Source: Eledone cirrhosa (Eukaryota). Taken from it: a stretch of DNA of 64,000 bases. The stretch is from contig OZ024744.1 in the NCBI GenBank assembly GCA_964016885.1, forward strand, positions 123,442,001-123,506,000. Reading direction: 5' to 3'. The position numbers were made by a program, and so were the translations under genes. A model generated the notes under the pieces. That model saw only the letters and a list, made by a program, of their open reading frames with translations. It searched no databases and was not told the DNA's origin. Every line of letters starts with the position of its first letter. Within the stretch, counting starts at the first letter, position 1. Shown one piece after another: positions 36,001 to 49,800 of the stretch.

Positions 36001-37642
36001 TTTCCGCTTTACAGTGTAGACTGGGTACTTTTTGTTGTGACATCTACATGACAACTTTACAGTGTGTACTGTGTTCTTTTTGTTGTGATACCTACATGTC
36101 AACTTTACAGTGTGGACTGTGTACTTTTTATGTGACACCTGCATGGCTACTTTACAGTGGGTATTGAGTATTTTTGTTGTGACTCTTACAAGACCACTTT
36201 AATTGTGTACTGGGTACTTTTTATTGTGATACCTACATGACCACCTTACAGTGTGTACTAGGTAATTTTTGTTGTCACTCCGACAGGATCACCTTACAGT
36301 GTTTACAGGGTCTTTTTGTCATGACACCTACATGACTGCTTTACAGTGTGTACTGGGCACTTTTTATAACCACCTTACAATGTGTACTGGGTAATTTTTG
36401 TTGTGACACCTACATGACCAATTTACAGTGTTGACAGGATGCCGTTTGTTGTGCCACCTACATGACGATTTTACAGGGTGTACTGTGTACTTTTTGTCAT
36501 TTCACCTATATGACGACTCTACAGTGTGGATTGTGTACTTTTTGTCATGACACCTACATGACCACTTTACAGTGTGTACTGTGTACTTTTTGTCATTTCA
36601 CCTATATGACGACTGTACAGTGTGTACTGGGTACTTTTAGTTGTGACACCTATATAACAACTTTACAGGGTGTACTGAGTACTTTTTGTCTTGACACTTA
36701 TATGACGACTTTACAGTGTGGATTGGGTATATTTAGTTGTGACACCTACATGACCACTTTAGAGTGTGTACTGGGTACTTTTTGTTGTGACACATACATC
36801 ACCAGTTTACATTGTGGACTGGATAATTTTGTTGCTACAGCTACATGACCACCTTACAGTGTGGACGGGGTACATTTAGTTGTGACACCTATATGACCAT
36901 TTTACCGTGTGTACTGGGTACTTTTTGTTGTGACACCTACTTGACCAGCTTACAGTGTAGACTGGGTAATTTTTGTTTTACACCTACATGACCACCTTAC
37001 ACTGTGTACTGGGTACTTTTTGTTTTGACACCTACATTACGACTTTACAGTGTGTACTGGGTACTTTTTGTAATGACACCTATATGACCACTTTACAGTG
37101 TGTACTGAGTACCTTTTGTCATGACCCTTGTAATGACGACTTTACAGTGTGTACTGAGTACTTTTTGTCATGACACCTACATGACCACTTTACAGTGTGG
37201 ACAGGGTATTTTAGTTGTGACAACTATATACTACTTTACAGTGTGTACTGAGTACTTTTTGTCATGACACCTATATGACGACTTTACAGTGTTGATTGGG
37301 TACTTTATATTGTGACACCTACATGACTACATTGTGAACCGGGTACTTTAGGTCATGACACCTACGCAAATCATTTACAATGTGGACTGGGTGCTTTTTG
37401 TCATGTCACACATGTGAACACTTTAATGTGAGGACTGGTTGCTTTTTGTTGTGACGCCTACATGAACAATTTATAGTGCCGGCTGGGTGCTTTTTGTTGT
37501 GACACCTAAATGACCACTTTACAGTATGTACTGGGTACTTTTTGTTGCGACACCTACATGACCACTTCACAGTGTGGACTGGGCCCTTTTTATCATGACA
37601 CCTGCATGACCACTTTATAGTGTGTACTGGGTGCTTTTCGTT

Positions 37643-39295
37643 GTGACACCTACATAACCACTTTACAGGGTGTACGGAGTACTTTTTGTCATGACACTTA
37701 TAAGACGACTTTACAGTGTGGATTAGGTATATTTAGTTGTAACACCTACATGACTACTTTACAGTGTGTACTGGGTACCTTTTGTTGTGACAACTACATA
37801 GCAACTTTACATTGTGTACTGGATACTTTTTGTTGTAACACCTACATCACTATTTTACAGTGTGTACTGGGTAATTTTTGTCGTGACACCTACATGACAA
37901 CCTTACAGTGTGTACTGGGTGCTTTCTGTTGTCACACCTACAAGACCACCTTACAGTGTGTAGTGGGCACTTTTTGTTGTGACACCTACATGACTTCTTT
38001 ACAGTGTGTACTGGGTACCCTTTGTTGCGACGCCTACATGAACACTTTATAGTGTCGGCTGGGTACTTTTTGTTGTCACACCTACATGACCATTTTATAG
38101 TGTGTACTGAGTACTTTATGTCATGACACCTACAAGACCTCTTTACAGTTTGTACTGGGTACGTTTAGTTGTGACACCAACATGACCAATTTACACTGTG
38201 TACTGGGTACTGTTTCAGGTGACACACCTACATGAACTCTTTACAGTGTGTGCTGGGTACTTTTTGTGGTGACACCTACATGACCACTTTACAGTGTGAA
38301 CCGGGTACTTCTTGACATGACACCTGCATGAATACTTTACAGTGTGTATTGGGCACTTTTTTCTGTGACATCTACATGACCACTTTACAGTGTTTTCTGT
38401 GTACTTTTTTTGTTGTGACACCTACATGACCACCTTACAGTGTAGACTGGGTACTTTTTGTGGTGACACCTACATAACCACTTTACAGGGTGTACGGAGT
38501 ACTTTTTGTCATGACACTTATAAGACGACTTTACAGTGTGGATTAGGTATATTTAGTTGTAACACCTACATGACTACTTTACAGTGTGTACTGGGTACCT
38601 TTTGTTGTGACAACTACATAGCAACTTTACATTGTGTACTGGATACTTTTTGTTGTAACACCTACATCACTATTTTACAGTGTGTACTGGGTAATTTTTG
38701 TCGTGACACCTACATGACAACCTTACAGTGTGTACTGGGTGCTTTCTGTTGTCACACCTACAAGACCACCTTACAGTGTGTAGTGGGCACTTTTTGTTGT
38801 GACACCTACATGACTTCTTTACAGTGTGTACTGGGTACCCTTTGTTGCGACGCCTACATGAACACTTTATAGTGTCGGCTGGGTACTTTTTGTTGTCACA
38901 CCTACATGACCATTTTATAGTGTGTACTGAGTACTTTATGTCATGACACCTACAAGACCTCTTTACAGTTTGTACTGGGTACGTTTAGTTGTGACACCAA
39001 CATGACCAATTTACACTGTGTACTGGGTACTGTTTCAGGTGACACACCTACATGAACTCTTTACAGTGTGTGCTGGGTACTTTTTGTGGTGACACCTACA
39101 TGACCACTTTACAGTGTGAACCGGGTACTTCTTGACATGACACCTGCATGAATACTTTACAGTGTGTATTGGGCACTTTTTTCTGTGACATCTACATGAC
39201 CACTTTACAGTGTTTTCTGTGTACTTTTTTTGTTGTGACACCTACATGACCACCTTACAGTGTAGACTGGGTACTTTTTGTGGTGACACCTACAT
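37643..39295. repeat. Apparently perfect 820-bp tandem duplication within the satellite
   Basis: Identical ORFs at 38215 and 39035. No difference seen by eye at offset 820. Confidence 0.9.
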
Positions 39296-40498
39296 GACCA
39301 CTTTACAGTCTGGACTGGGTACTTCTTGTTGAGACACCTGACTGACCACTTTAAAGTGTGTACTGGGTACTTTTTTGTGACACCTACACAACCCTTTACA
39401 ATGTGGAGGGGGTAATTTTTGTCATGACACCCATGTGAACACTTTACTGTGAAGACTGGGTGCTTTTTGTGGTGACACCTACATGACCACTGCACAGTGT
39501 GTACTGGGGCCATTTTGTCATGACTTCTGCATGACCACTTCATATTGTACAATGTGGGCTTTTTGTTGTGACACCTACATGAACACTTTACAGTGAGTAC
39601 TGGGTGCTTTTTGTTTTGACATCTACATGACCACTTTACAGTGAGTACTGGGTGCGTTTTGTTGTGACACATACATGATGACGTTAGAGTGTGGACAGGA
39701 TGTCTTTTTTGTTACACCTACATGACGACTTTATAGTGTGTACTAGGTACTTTTTGTTGTGACACCTACATGACCACTTTACAGTGTGAACTGAGTATTT
39801 TATGTCATGACACCTACATGACCACTTTACAGTGTGTTCTGGGTACTTTTAGTTGTGACACCTATATGACCACTTCACAGAGTGTACTTGGTACCTTTTG
39901 TTGTGATACACCATAAAGTACACTTTATAGTGTGGGGTGGGTGATTTTTGTGGTGACACTTACATGACCAATTTATAGTGTGTACTGGGTGCTTTTTTTT
40001 TTGTCACTCCGACAGGATCACTTTTCAGCGTGTACTGGGTACTTTTTGTCATAAAAACTACATGACTACTTTACTTGGTGTGTACTTGGCACTTTTTCTT
40101 GTGACATCTACATGACCACTTTAAAGTCTGGACTCGGTAATTATTGTTGTGACCCCTACATTTCTACTTTAGAGTGTATACTGGGTACTTTTTGTTGTGA
40201 CACCTACATGACCACTTTACAGTGTGTACTGTGTACTTTTTGTTGTGACACCTACATGTCAACTTTACAGTGTGTACTGTGTACTTTTTATGTGACACCT
40301 GCATGTCTACTTTACAGTGGGTACTGGGTACTTTTTGTTGTGATACCTACATGACCACTTTACAGTTTGTACTGGGTACGTTTTTTGTATGACACCCAAC
40401 CTGACTACTTTAGAGTGGATACTGGGTACTTTTTGTTGTGACACCTACATGGCCACTTTACAGTATGTACTGGGTACTTTTTATTGTGTCACCTACAT

Positions 40499-41248
40499 CA
40501 CTGGTCGCCAACCTTTCTAAAACCGAGGAACCCTCTAAATATTTTGAATTCTTCACGGAACCTATACAATACAAAACTTTTCAAAAAAAAATAATAAAGT
40601 ATTTATTCATTTTAGTGAACTTACGTTGTGAGAACAGCGAACTGACCCAGTCCCTCGGCTGAGAGACCTCGCTGAACTGAAGTTTTCAGTTTAAAGTTAT
40701 GCTGTCACCGACCAACATTTACTTGTTTGTGATTGGTCAATTTCTAAGTTCAATTAGTGTATTATCAGTAGTAGTCAAATTCTCGGAATTCAGAAAACTA
40801 TGTCTTTCCAAGAAAGAAATTATTGTGTAAAGTGCTCAGGTGCACTACAACTCGTCAAAGGTGTATGTATAGTACATAAAATAATACACAAATGTCAGGG
40901 AAGTGAATAGTGTATGAGTCATGGTATATATGTGTGTATGTGTATGGAGGGGGAACATTAGGTGTAGTGTTTGCGGATCTTGGGAAGCATGGAGTCCTTA
41001 AAGGATGCAGTGTCTCGACAGCTAACAACCGATACAGGCAGTTTGTTCCATGCTTCAGCAACTCTGAGCGTGGAAAAATGTTTCAGAAAGTCATGGGAAC
41101 TGTGCTGTTTTTTGATTTGTGGGCATTTTCATTTATACATTGCACCTTTGTCATTTTCTTTGCACCTTTTTCAGAAAACCCAAAATATTAATGGCAATGT
41201 AAATATTTTTTTTTAAGGGTTTCGCGGAACCCATTTTGGCGACCACTG
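40499..41248. mobile_element. Complete hAT (Buster-type) MITE-like element
   Basis: TIRs CA(C)TGGTCGCCAA / TTGGCGACCACTG. 8-bp TSD ACCTACAT/ACCTACTT with central TA (nnnTAnnn). Confidence 0.9.
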
Positions 41249-44200
41249 ACCTACTTGACCACCTTACAGTGTGTATTAGGTACTTTTTGTTGTGACACAT
41301 AGATGATCACTTTACAGTGTGTACTGGGTTCTTTTTGTTGTGATACGTTCAGGACCACTTTACAATGTGTACTGGGTAGTTTGTGACACCTACATGAGCA
41401 CCTCACAGTGTGTACTAGGTACTTTTTGTTATCACTCCGACAGGATCACTTTACAGTGTGTACTGGGTACTTTTTGTCATTTCACCTATATGACGACTGT
41501 ACAGTGTGTACTGTGTACTTTATGTCATGACACCTACATGACCACTTTACAATGTGTACTTGGTAATTTTAGTTGTGACACCTACATAACCACTTTACAG
41601 GTTGTACTGAGTACTTTTTGTCATGACACTTATATGACGAATTTACAGTGTGTACTGGGTACTTTTTGTTGTGACACACCAACACTATCACTTTATAGTG
41701 TGGGGTGGGTGATTTTTGTGGTGACAACTACATGACCACTTTACAGTGTGTACTGGGTACTTTTTGTTGTGACAGCTACATCACCAGTTTACATTGTGGA
41801 CTGGGTAATTTTGTAGCGACAGCTACATTACCACCTTACAGTGTGGACAGGATGCCTTTTGTTGTGACACCTACATGACGACTTTACAGTGTGTGCTGGG
41901 TACTTTTTGTCATGAACACTTTACAGTGTGGACAGGGTACATTTAGTTGTGACACCTATATGACCATTTTACAGTGTAGACTGGGTAATTTTTGTTGTGA
42001 CACCCACATGACCAGTTTACAGTGTAGACTGGGTAATTTTTGTTTGACACCTACATGACGACTTTACAGTGTGGTCTGGGTACTTTTTGTTGTGACACCT
42101 ACATGACCACCTTACAGTGTGTACTGAGTACTTTTTCTTGTGACACCTACATGACCACTTCACAGTGTTGACAGGGTACTTTTAGTTGTGACAACATACC
42201 ACTTTACAGTGTGTACTGAGTACTTTTTGTCATGACACCAATATGACCACTTTACAGTGTGGATTGGGTTTTTTATGTTGTGACACCTACATGACCATTT
42301 TATAGTGTGTATTGGGTACTTTTAGTTGTGACACCTACATGACTACTTTACAGTGTGTACTGGGTACTTTTAGTTGTGACACCTATATGACCACTTTACA
42401 GTGTGTACTGGGTACTTTTTGTCATGACACCTACATGACCACTTTATAGTGTGGACTGAGCACTTTTTGTTGTGACAACTTCATGACTACTTTACAGTGT
42501 GTACTGGATACATTTTGTTTTGACACCTACATGACTACTTTAAAGTAAGCACTGGGTACGCTTTGTTGCGACGCCTACATGAACACTTTATAGTGTCGGC
42601 TGGGTGCTTTTTGTTGTGATACCTACATGTCCACTGCACAGTGTGTATTGGGGCCTTTTTGTCATGACTCCTGCATGACCACTTCATAGTGTACAATCAG
42701 GGCTTTTTGTTGTGACACCTACATGACCACTTTACAGTGTGTACTGGGTACTTTTTGTTGTGACACCTACATGACCACTTTACAGTGTGTACTGAGTATT
42801 TTGTGTCATGACACCTACATGACCACTTTACAGTGTGTACTAGGTACTTTTTGTTGTGACACCTACATGAACACTTTACAGTGTGGATTAGGTACTTTAT
42901 GTTGTGACACCTACATGACCATTTTAGTGTATAGACTGGATACTTTTTGTTGTGACACCTACATGACCATTTTACATTGTGTACTGGGTACTTTTTGTTG
43001 TGACACTCACATGACCACCTTACAGTGTAGACTGGGTACTTTTTGTTGTGACACCTACATGAACACTTTAGAGTTTGAACTGGGTGCTTTTTGTCATTAC
43101 ACCCATATGAACACTTTACTGTGAGGACTGGGTGCTTTTTGTTGTGACACCTACATGTCCACTGCACAGTGTGTACTGTGGCCTTTTTGTCATGACTCCT
43201 GCATGACCACTTCATAGTGCACAATGTGGGCTTTTTGTTGTGAAACCTACATGACCAGTTTACAGTGAGTACTGGGTGCGTTTTGTTGTGACACATACAT
43301 GATGATGTTACAGCGTGGACAGGATGCCTTTCTTTTGTTACACCTACATGATGAATTTACAGTGTGTACTGGGTACTTTTTGTTGTGACACCTACATGAC
43401 CACTTTACAGTGTGTACTGGGTACTTTTTGTTGAGACACCTACATGACCACTTTACAGTGTGTACTGGGTACTTTTTGTTGTGACACCTACATGACCACT
43501 TTACAGTGTGTACTGGGTACTTTTTGTAATGACACCTGCATGCCCACTTTACAGTGTGTACTGGGTACTTTTTGTTGTGACACCTACTTGACCACTTTAC
43601 AGTGTGTTCTGGTTACTTATTGTTGCGACACGTACATGACGACTTTACAGTGTGGATTGGGTACTTTTTGTTGTTACACCTACACGACCACCTTACAGTG
43701 GGTACTGGGTTGCTTTTGTTGTTACACCTACATGGCCACTTTACATTATGTACTGGTTAATTTGTGTGTGACACCTATATGACTACTTTACAGTGGGTAC
43801 TGGTTACTTTTTCTTGTCATACCTGCATGACCACTTTACAGTGTGTACTGGGTATGTTCAGTTGTGACAGCTACATGGCCACTTTATTGTGTGTACTGGG
43901 TACTTTTTTGTTACACCTACATGACCACTTTACAGTGTGTACTGGACAATTTTTGTTGTGACATCTACTTGACAACTTTACAGTCTCGACTGCGTACTTT
44001 TTGTTGCGACACATACATAACCACTTTAGAGTGTAGACTGGGTACTTTTTGTTGTGACACCTACATGACCACCTTACAGTGTGGACTGGGCCCTTTTTGT
44101 CATAACACCTGCATAATCACTTTATAGTGTGCAATGTGGGCTTTTTGTTGTGACACCTACGTGACTACTTTACAGTTTATACTGGGTACGTGTAGTTGTG

Positions 44201-44643
44201 ACACCTACATAACCTCTTTACAGTGTGTACTGGGTACATTTTGTCGTGACACACCTAAATGACCAGTTTTTAGTGTGTACTAGGTACTTTTTGTCATGAC
44301 TCCTACATGACTACTTTACAGTGTGTACTGGGTACTTTTTGTTGTGACACTTACATTACCACTTTACAGTGTAGAATGGGTACTTTTTGTTTTCGCACCT
44401 ACAGGACCACCTTACCATGGGTACGGGGTACTTTTTGTTGTTACACCTACATGATAACTTTAGAGTGTGTACTGTGTAATTTGTGTCATGACAACTACAT
44501 GACCACTTTACAGTGTGTACTGTGTACATGTTGTTGTGCCACAGCTACATGTCCACTTTATAGTGTGTGCTGGGTACTTTTTGTCATGAAACACACATGA
44601 GCGCTTTACAGTCTGTACTGGGTACTTTTTCTCATGACACCTA

Positions 44644-46831
44644 TGTAGCAGGAGTTGCCTCCCTTGTTGTGACACTCACATCCCTAATAGATTAACGCTC
44701 TCTAGACAGGAAGTAGAACCCTTTCTCTAACTTCCTGTCAGAACCCTATAAAACTAACAACGTTAAGCTATCTCGCTCTCATTCGCCTTTTCGGTCAGGC
44801 GCCTCCTGGCCTTCGCCAGGAGTCTTCACTCAGGTGTGTGTAACCCTGGCAACCAAGCGGTAACTAACAACTTTGTTTCATTCTTTCATCTATTCTTTGA
44901 CATGTCAACTATACTGTTCTATATATATCCACAAATTGTTTATTAAAAATTATACACACAAACCACTTCTCCTTGTTACATTCATACAACCCAGTATTTC
45001 GCTATAATTGGTGAACCCGACGTGATACGAACACGCAGCCGTTCATTGTTCTAAGTGGTGACCCCGAAAAAAGAAAAAAATAGCAGAATCTGGTGTTGTG
45101 TGAGTAACATTACGAATACACAGCAAAATTTTATTGACAAACTATGAAAATACACAACCAAGAAACGAACACACCACGCACATGTGAAATTCGCGTTCAG
45201 ACAGACTTTTTCTCTCACGCATCAACTAACTGTCGCATTTCACGATATATATATATATATGTTTCTCGTTTCTTACAACGAACACTTTAAAAACAAACAA
45301 ACAAACAAAAATAAATTTGATTTTTTTTTTTTTAAACATTACAACAGGAACATTTATTTTCGATGAACCTCAACCATTGCCTTTTTTTCATCGTTTTCTT
45401 CATCGTTCAAGTTTTTTTTCAAAGTTCACACCAGATATTAAAAAAAAAAATTGAACTCGCCATATTTGTTATGCTAAGTGAAGCCTTTCTTTCTTTTTCA
45501 TCATTGTCACTTTCACACACATTTTTTCAAAATGGCTGCCAACGACCTGTTGCACTATCATTTTCTCGCGCATTAGAAATATTATTTTTTCAACTTAACC
45601 TTGTTTTGGAACGTGTAGGATTCTCGATTCACTGAGATAGCCGCACGCCAGGGATAATGTTTCTCGCCAAGGATTCTCCAGCCTTAAGCTATATTCTCCT
45701 ATTTGCCGGTTTAAAAATTTACCACGTAAATTTGCCGCTGAAAACTGCGCATTTATTCAGAATGCTTATTTCTTTGGTCGCTGGCCTCTTGACCCTTCCA
45801 GGTCAACGCATTCTCAACATCGACCATCAACTTCGGCTGTTATTTCTAGCACTTTGCGCAACTCATTTTTTCTGAAAAAAATATTTTTACTGTGAACATC
45901 GAATACGCTCACTCCGCGAGACAACAACATCAACAGCAACACAGCTTCGTCAACAACCAAAACCAGCAGAACAAGCAAGAGAATTTATTTTTGCAGCACT
46001 CTTCCTGTGAGAAAATCCATTCGGAGGTTGGAAATTTCACGATATACCACAGAACAGAAACCACCTGCATACATTCTCTGGAACACACTTTCTTTCCTGC
46101 TGTCATGTGATTGCACACCTGTGAAATATATTTTGTACATTTGAACTTTGATCTCTTCTCTTACTTTCATGACATTGTATCTTTGGGTGATGGATAGATA
46201 GATGTCCAGTCGTTCTCTGGCCAAGAGCGGTTGGCTACCTTGATATCCATCATTGATTTTTGCAAACATTATTATATTTTTTCATAATTTTCATGCCTGT
46301 TACAACATTCTCGCCAACTTGCTACATACATATTTCATGCGATTTTTATATTTTAAAAATCTGGCGGGAAGTAATGTAGCAGGAGTTGCCTCCCTTGTTG
46401 TGACACTCACATCCCCAATAGATTAACGCTCTCTAGACAGGAAGTAGAACCCTTTCTGTAACTTTGGTCAGAACCCTATAAAACTAACAACGTTAAGCTA
46501 TCTCGCTCTCATTCGCCTTTTCGGTCAGGCGCGTCCTGGCCTTCGCCAGGAGTTTTCACTCAGGTGTGTGTAACCCTGGCAACCAAGCGGTAACTAATAA
46601 CTTTGTTTCATTCTTTCATCTATTCTTTGACATGTCAACTATACTGTTCTATATATATCCACAAATTGTTTATTAAAAATTATACACACAAACCACTTCT
46701 CCTTGTTACATTCATACAACCCAGTATTTCGCTATAATTGGTGAACCCGACGTGATACGAACACGCAGCCGTTCATTGTTATAAGTGGTGACCCCAAAAA
46801 AAGAAAAAACACACAAGCGTATTTTGCTATA
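44644..46831 (+). mobile_element. Non-autonomous LTR retrotransposon N3 in the satellite, with tRNA-extended LTRs
   Basis: Core LTRs 44644-45006 and 46375-46736. TSD CCTA (44640-44643 / 46832-46835). PPT at 46361-46374. Interior homologous to N2. Confidence 0.92.
45009..45040 (-). other. 32-nt copy of the tRNA-Trp 3' end including CCA (second copy at 46739-46770)
   Basis: Minus strand GGCTGCGTGTTCGTATCACGTCGGGTTCACCA versus recalled metazoan tRNA-Trp GGCTGCGTGTTCGAATCACGTCGGGGTCACCA. Confidence 0.85.
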
Positions 46832-49800
46832 CCTACATGACTACTTTACAGTGTGTACTGCGCAATTTTGTTGTGACATCTACCTGACCACTTTACAGTG
46901 TGTACTGGGTAATTTTTGTGTGACGCCTACATGACTACTTTACAGTGGGTACTGGGTACTTTTTGTTGTGACACCTACATGACCATTTTAGTGTGTAGAC
47001 TGGGTACTTTTTGTTGTGACACCTACATAGCCACCTTATATTGAGTACTGGGTACTTTTTGTTGTGACACCTACATGACTACATTACAGTGTGTACTGGG
47101 TAACTTTTGTTGTGACACCGACATGACCACTTACAGTGTGTACTGTGTACGTTTAGTTGTGACACCAACATGACCACTTTACAGTGTGTACTGGATTCTT
47201 ATTGTTGTGACACCTACATGACCACTTTACAGTATGTACTGGGTACTTTTTGTGGTGACACCTACATGAGCACTTTACAGTGTGTACTGGGTACTTTTTA
47301 TTGTGACACCTACATGACCACTTTACAATGTGTACTGGGTACTTTTTATTGTGACACCTACATGATCACTTTACAATGTCTACTGGGTTCTTTTTGTTGT
47401 GACACCTACATGACCATTTTACAGTGCGTACTGAGTACTTTATGTCATGACACATACATGACCATTTTACAGTGTGTACTGGGTACTATTTGTTGTGACA
47501 CACCAACATGACTACTTTATAGTGTGTGGTGGGTGATTTTTGTGGTGACACCTACATGACCACTTTACAGTGTTTACTGGGTACTTTTTGTGGTGACACC
47601 TACATGACAACTTTACAGTGTGTACTGGGTACTTTTTGTTGTGACACCTACATGACCACTTTACAGTGTGTACTGGGTACTTTTTGTGATGACACCTACA
47701 TGACCACTTTACAGTGTGTACTGGGTACTTTTTGTTGTGACACCTACATGACCACTTTACAGTGTGTACTGGGTACTTTTTGTGATGACACCTACATGAC
47801 CACTTTACAGTGTGTACTGGGTACTTTTTGTCATGACACCTACATGACTACTTTACAGTGTGGATGGGTACTTTTTGTTGTCACACCTACAGGACCACTT
47901 TAAAGTATGTACTGGGAACTTTTCGTCATGACTCCTACATGACTACTTTACAGTGTGTACTGGGCACTTTTTGTTGTGACATCTACTTGACCACTTTACA
48001 GTCTGGATAGCATAATTTTTATGCGACACCTCCATGACCACCTTACAGTGGGTACTGGGTAGTTTTTGTTGTTAGACCTATATGACTACTTTACAGTGTG
48101 TACTTGGTACTTATTGTTGTGACACCCACATGATCATTTTACAGTGTGTACTGGGTACATTTTGTTGTGACACACCTACATGACCATTTTATAGTGTCTA
48201 CTGGGTACTTTTTGTCATGACACCCCCATGGGCGCTTTAGAGTGTGTACTGGGTACTTTTTGTTGTCACACCTACAGGTGTACTTTACAGTATGTACTGT
48301 GTACTTTTTGTGTGACACCTACATGACTACTTTACAGGGTGAACAGGGTACTTTTTCTTGTGTCAACAACATGACCACTTTACAGTGTGTACTGGGCTCT
48401 TTTTGTTGTGACACGTACATGACCACTTTACAGTGTGTGCTGGGTACCTCTTGTTGTGACACCTACATGGCCACTTTACAGTGTGTACTAGGTACTTTTT
48501 GTTATGACACCTATCTGACCACCTTAAAGTGTGTACTGGGTACCTTTTGTTGTGACACCTACATGATAACTTTACAGTGGGCCACGCATACTTATTGTTG
48601 TGACACCTACATGACCAATTTACAGTGTGGACTGGGTACGTTTTGCTATGACACCTACACTACAACTTTACAGTGTGTACTGAGGGCGCTTTACAGTGTG
48701 TACTGGGAACTTTTTGTTGTCACACCTAGATGACCACTTTACAGTGTGTTCTGACTATATTTAGTTGTGACACCTACATGACCACTTTACAGTGTGTACT
48801 GGCTACTTTTTATTGTGACACTCTTACATGACCACTTTATAGTGTGGGTGGGGGATTTTTGTGGTGTCACCTACATCACCAGTTTACAGTGTGTACAGGG
48901 TGCTGTTTGTTGGGACGCCTACATGACCACTTTTTTCAGTGTGTGCTGGGTACATTTTGTGTTGACACCTACATGACCACTTTACAGTGTGTACTGGGTG
49001 TTTTTTGTCATGACACCTACATGACCATATTACATTGTGTACTGGTTACTTTTTGTTTTCACACCTACAGGACTACTTTACAGTGTGTACTGGGTACATT
49101 TTGTCATGATACCGACATGACTACTTTACAGTGTGTACTGGGCACTTTTTGTTGCGACACCTACATGACCACCTTACAGTCTGGACTGGGTCCTTTTTGT
49201 TGTGACACCTACATGACCACTTTACAGTATGTTGTGCGTAATTTTTGTTGTGACACCTACATTACCACCATACTGAGTGTACTGGGTACTTTTTGTTGTG
49301 ACACCTACATGACCACTTTACAGTGTGGACAAGGTACTTTTTACTGTGTCATCTACACTACCATATTACAGTGTGTACTGGGTACTTTTTATTGTGACTC
49401 CTACATGATCACTTTACAGTATGTACTAGGTACTTTTTGTGTGACACCTACATGATTACTTTACATTGTGTACTGGGTACTTTTTGTTGTGACACCTACA
49501 TAACCACTTTAAAGCGTCTACTGGGTACGTTGTATTGTGACACCTACATGACCAGTGTACAGTGTGTACTGGGTACTTTTTGTCATGACACCTACACAAC
49601 CCCTTTACAATGTGGACTGGGTGTCTTTTGTCATGACACCCATGTGATCACTTTACTGTGAGGTCTGGGTGCTTTTTGTTGTGACACCTACATGACCACT
49701 TTACAGTGTGTACTGGGTACTTTTTGTTGTGACAACTACTTGACTACTTTACAATGTGTGCTGAGCACTTTTTGTTGTGACATCTACATGAACAACTTAC

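Noticed and set aside
45657-45875. Recurrent 72-aa hydrophobic ORF MFLAKDSPALSYILLFAGLK... (also 20343-20561 and 3011-3541)
   Set aside because: Recurrence is explained by copy identity of the non-autonomous interior. The copy in element E lacks the start, lengths differ, and no domain is recognised. A dN/dS test over many copies would be needed to revive it.
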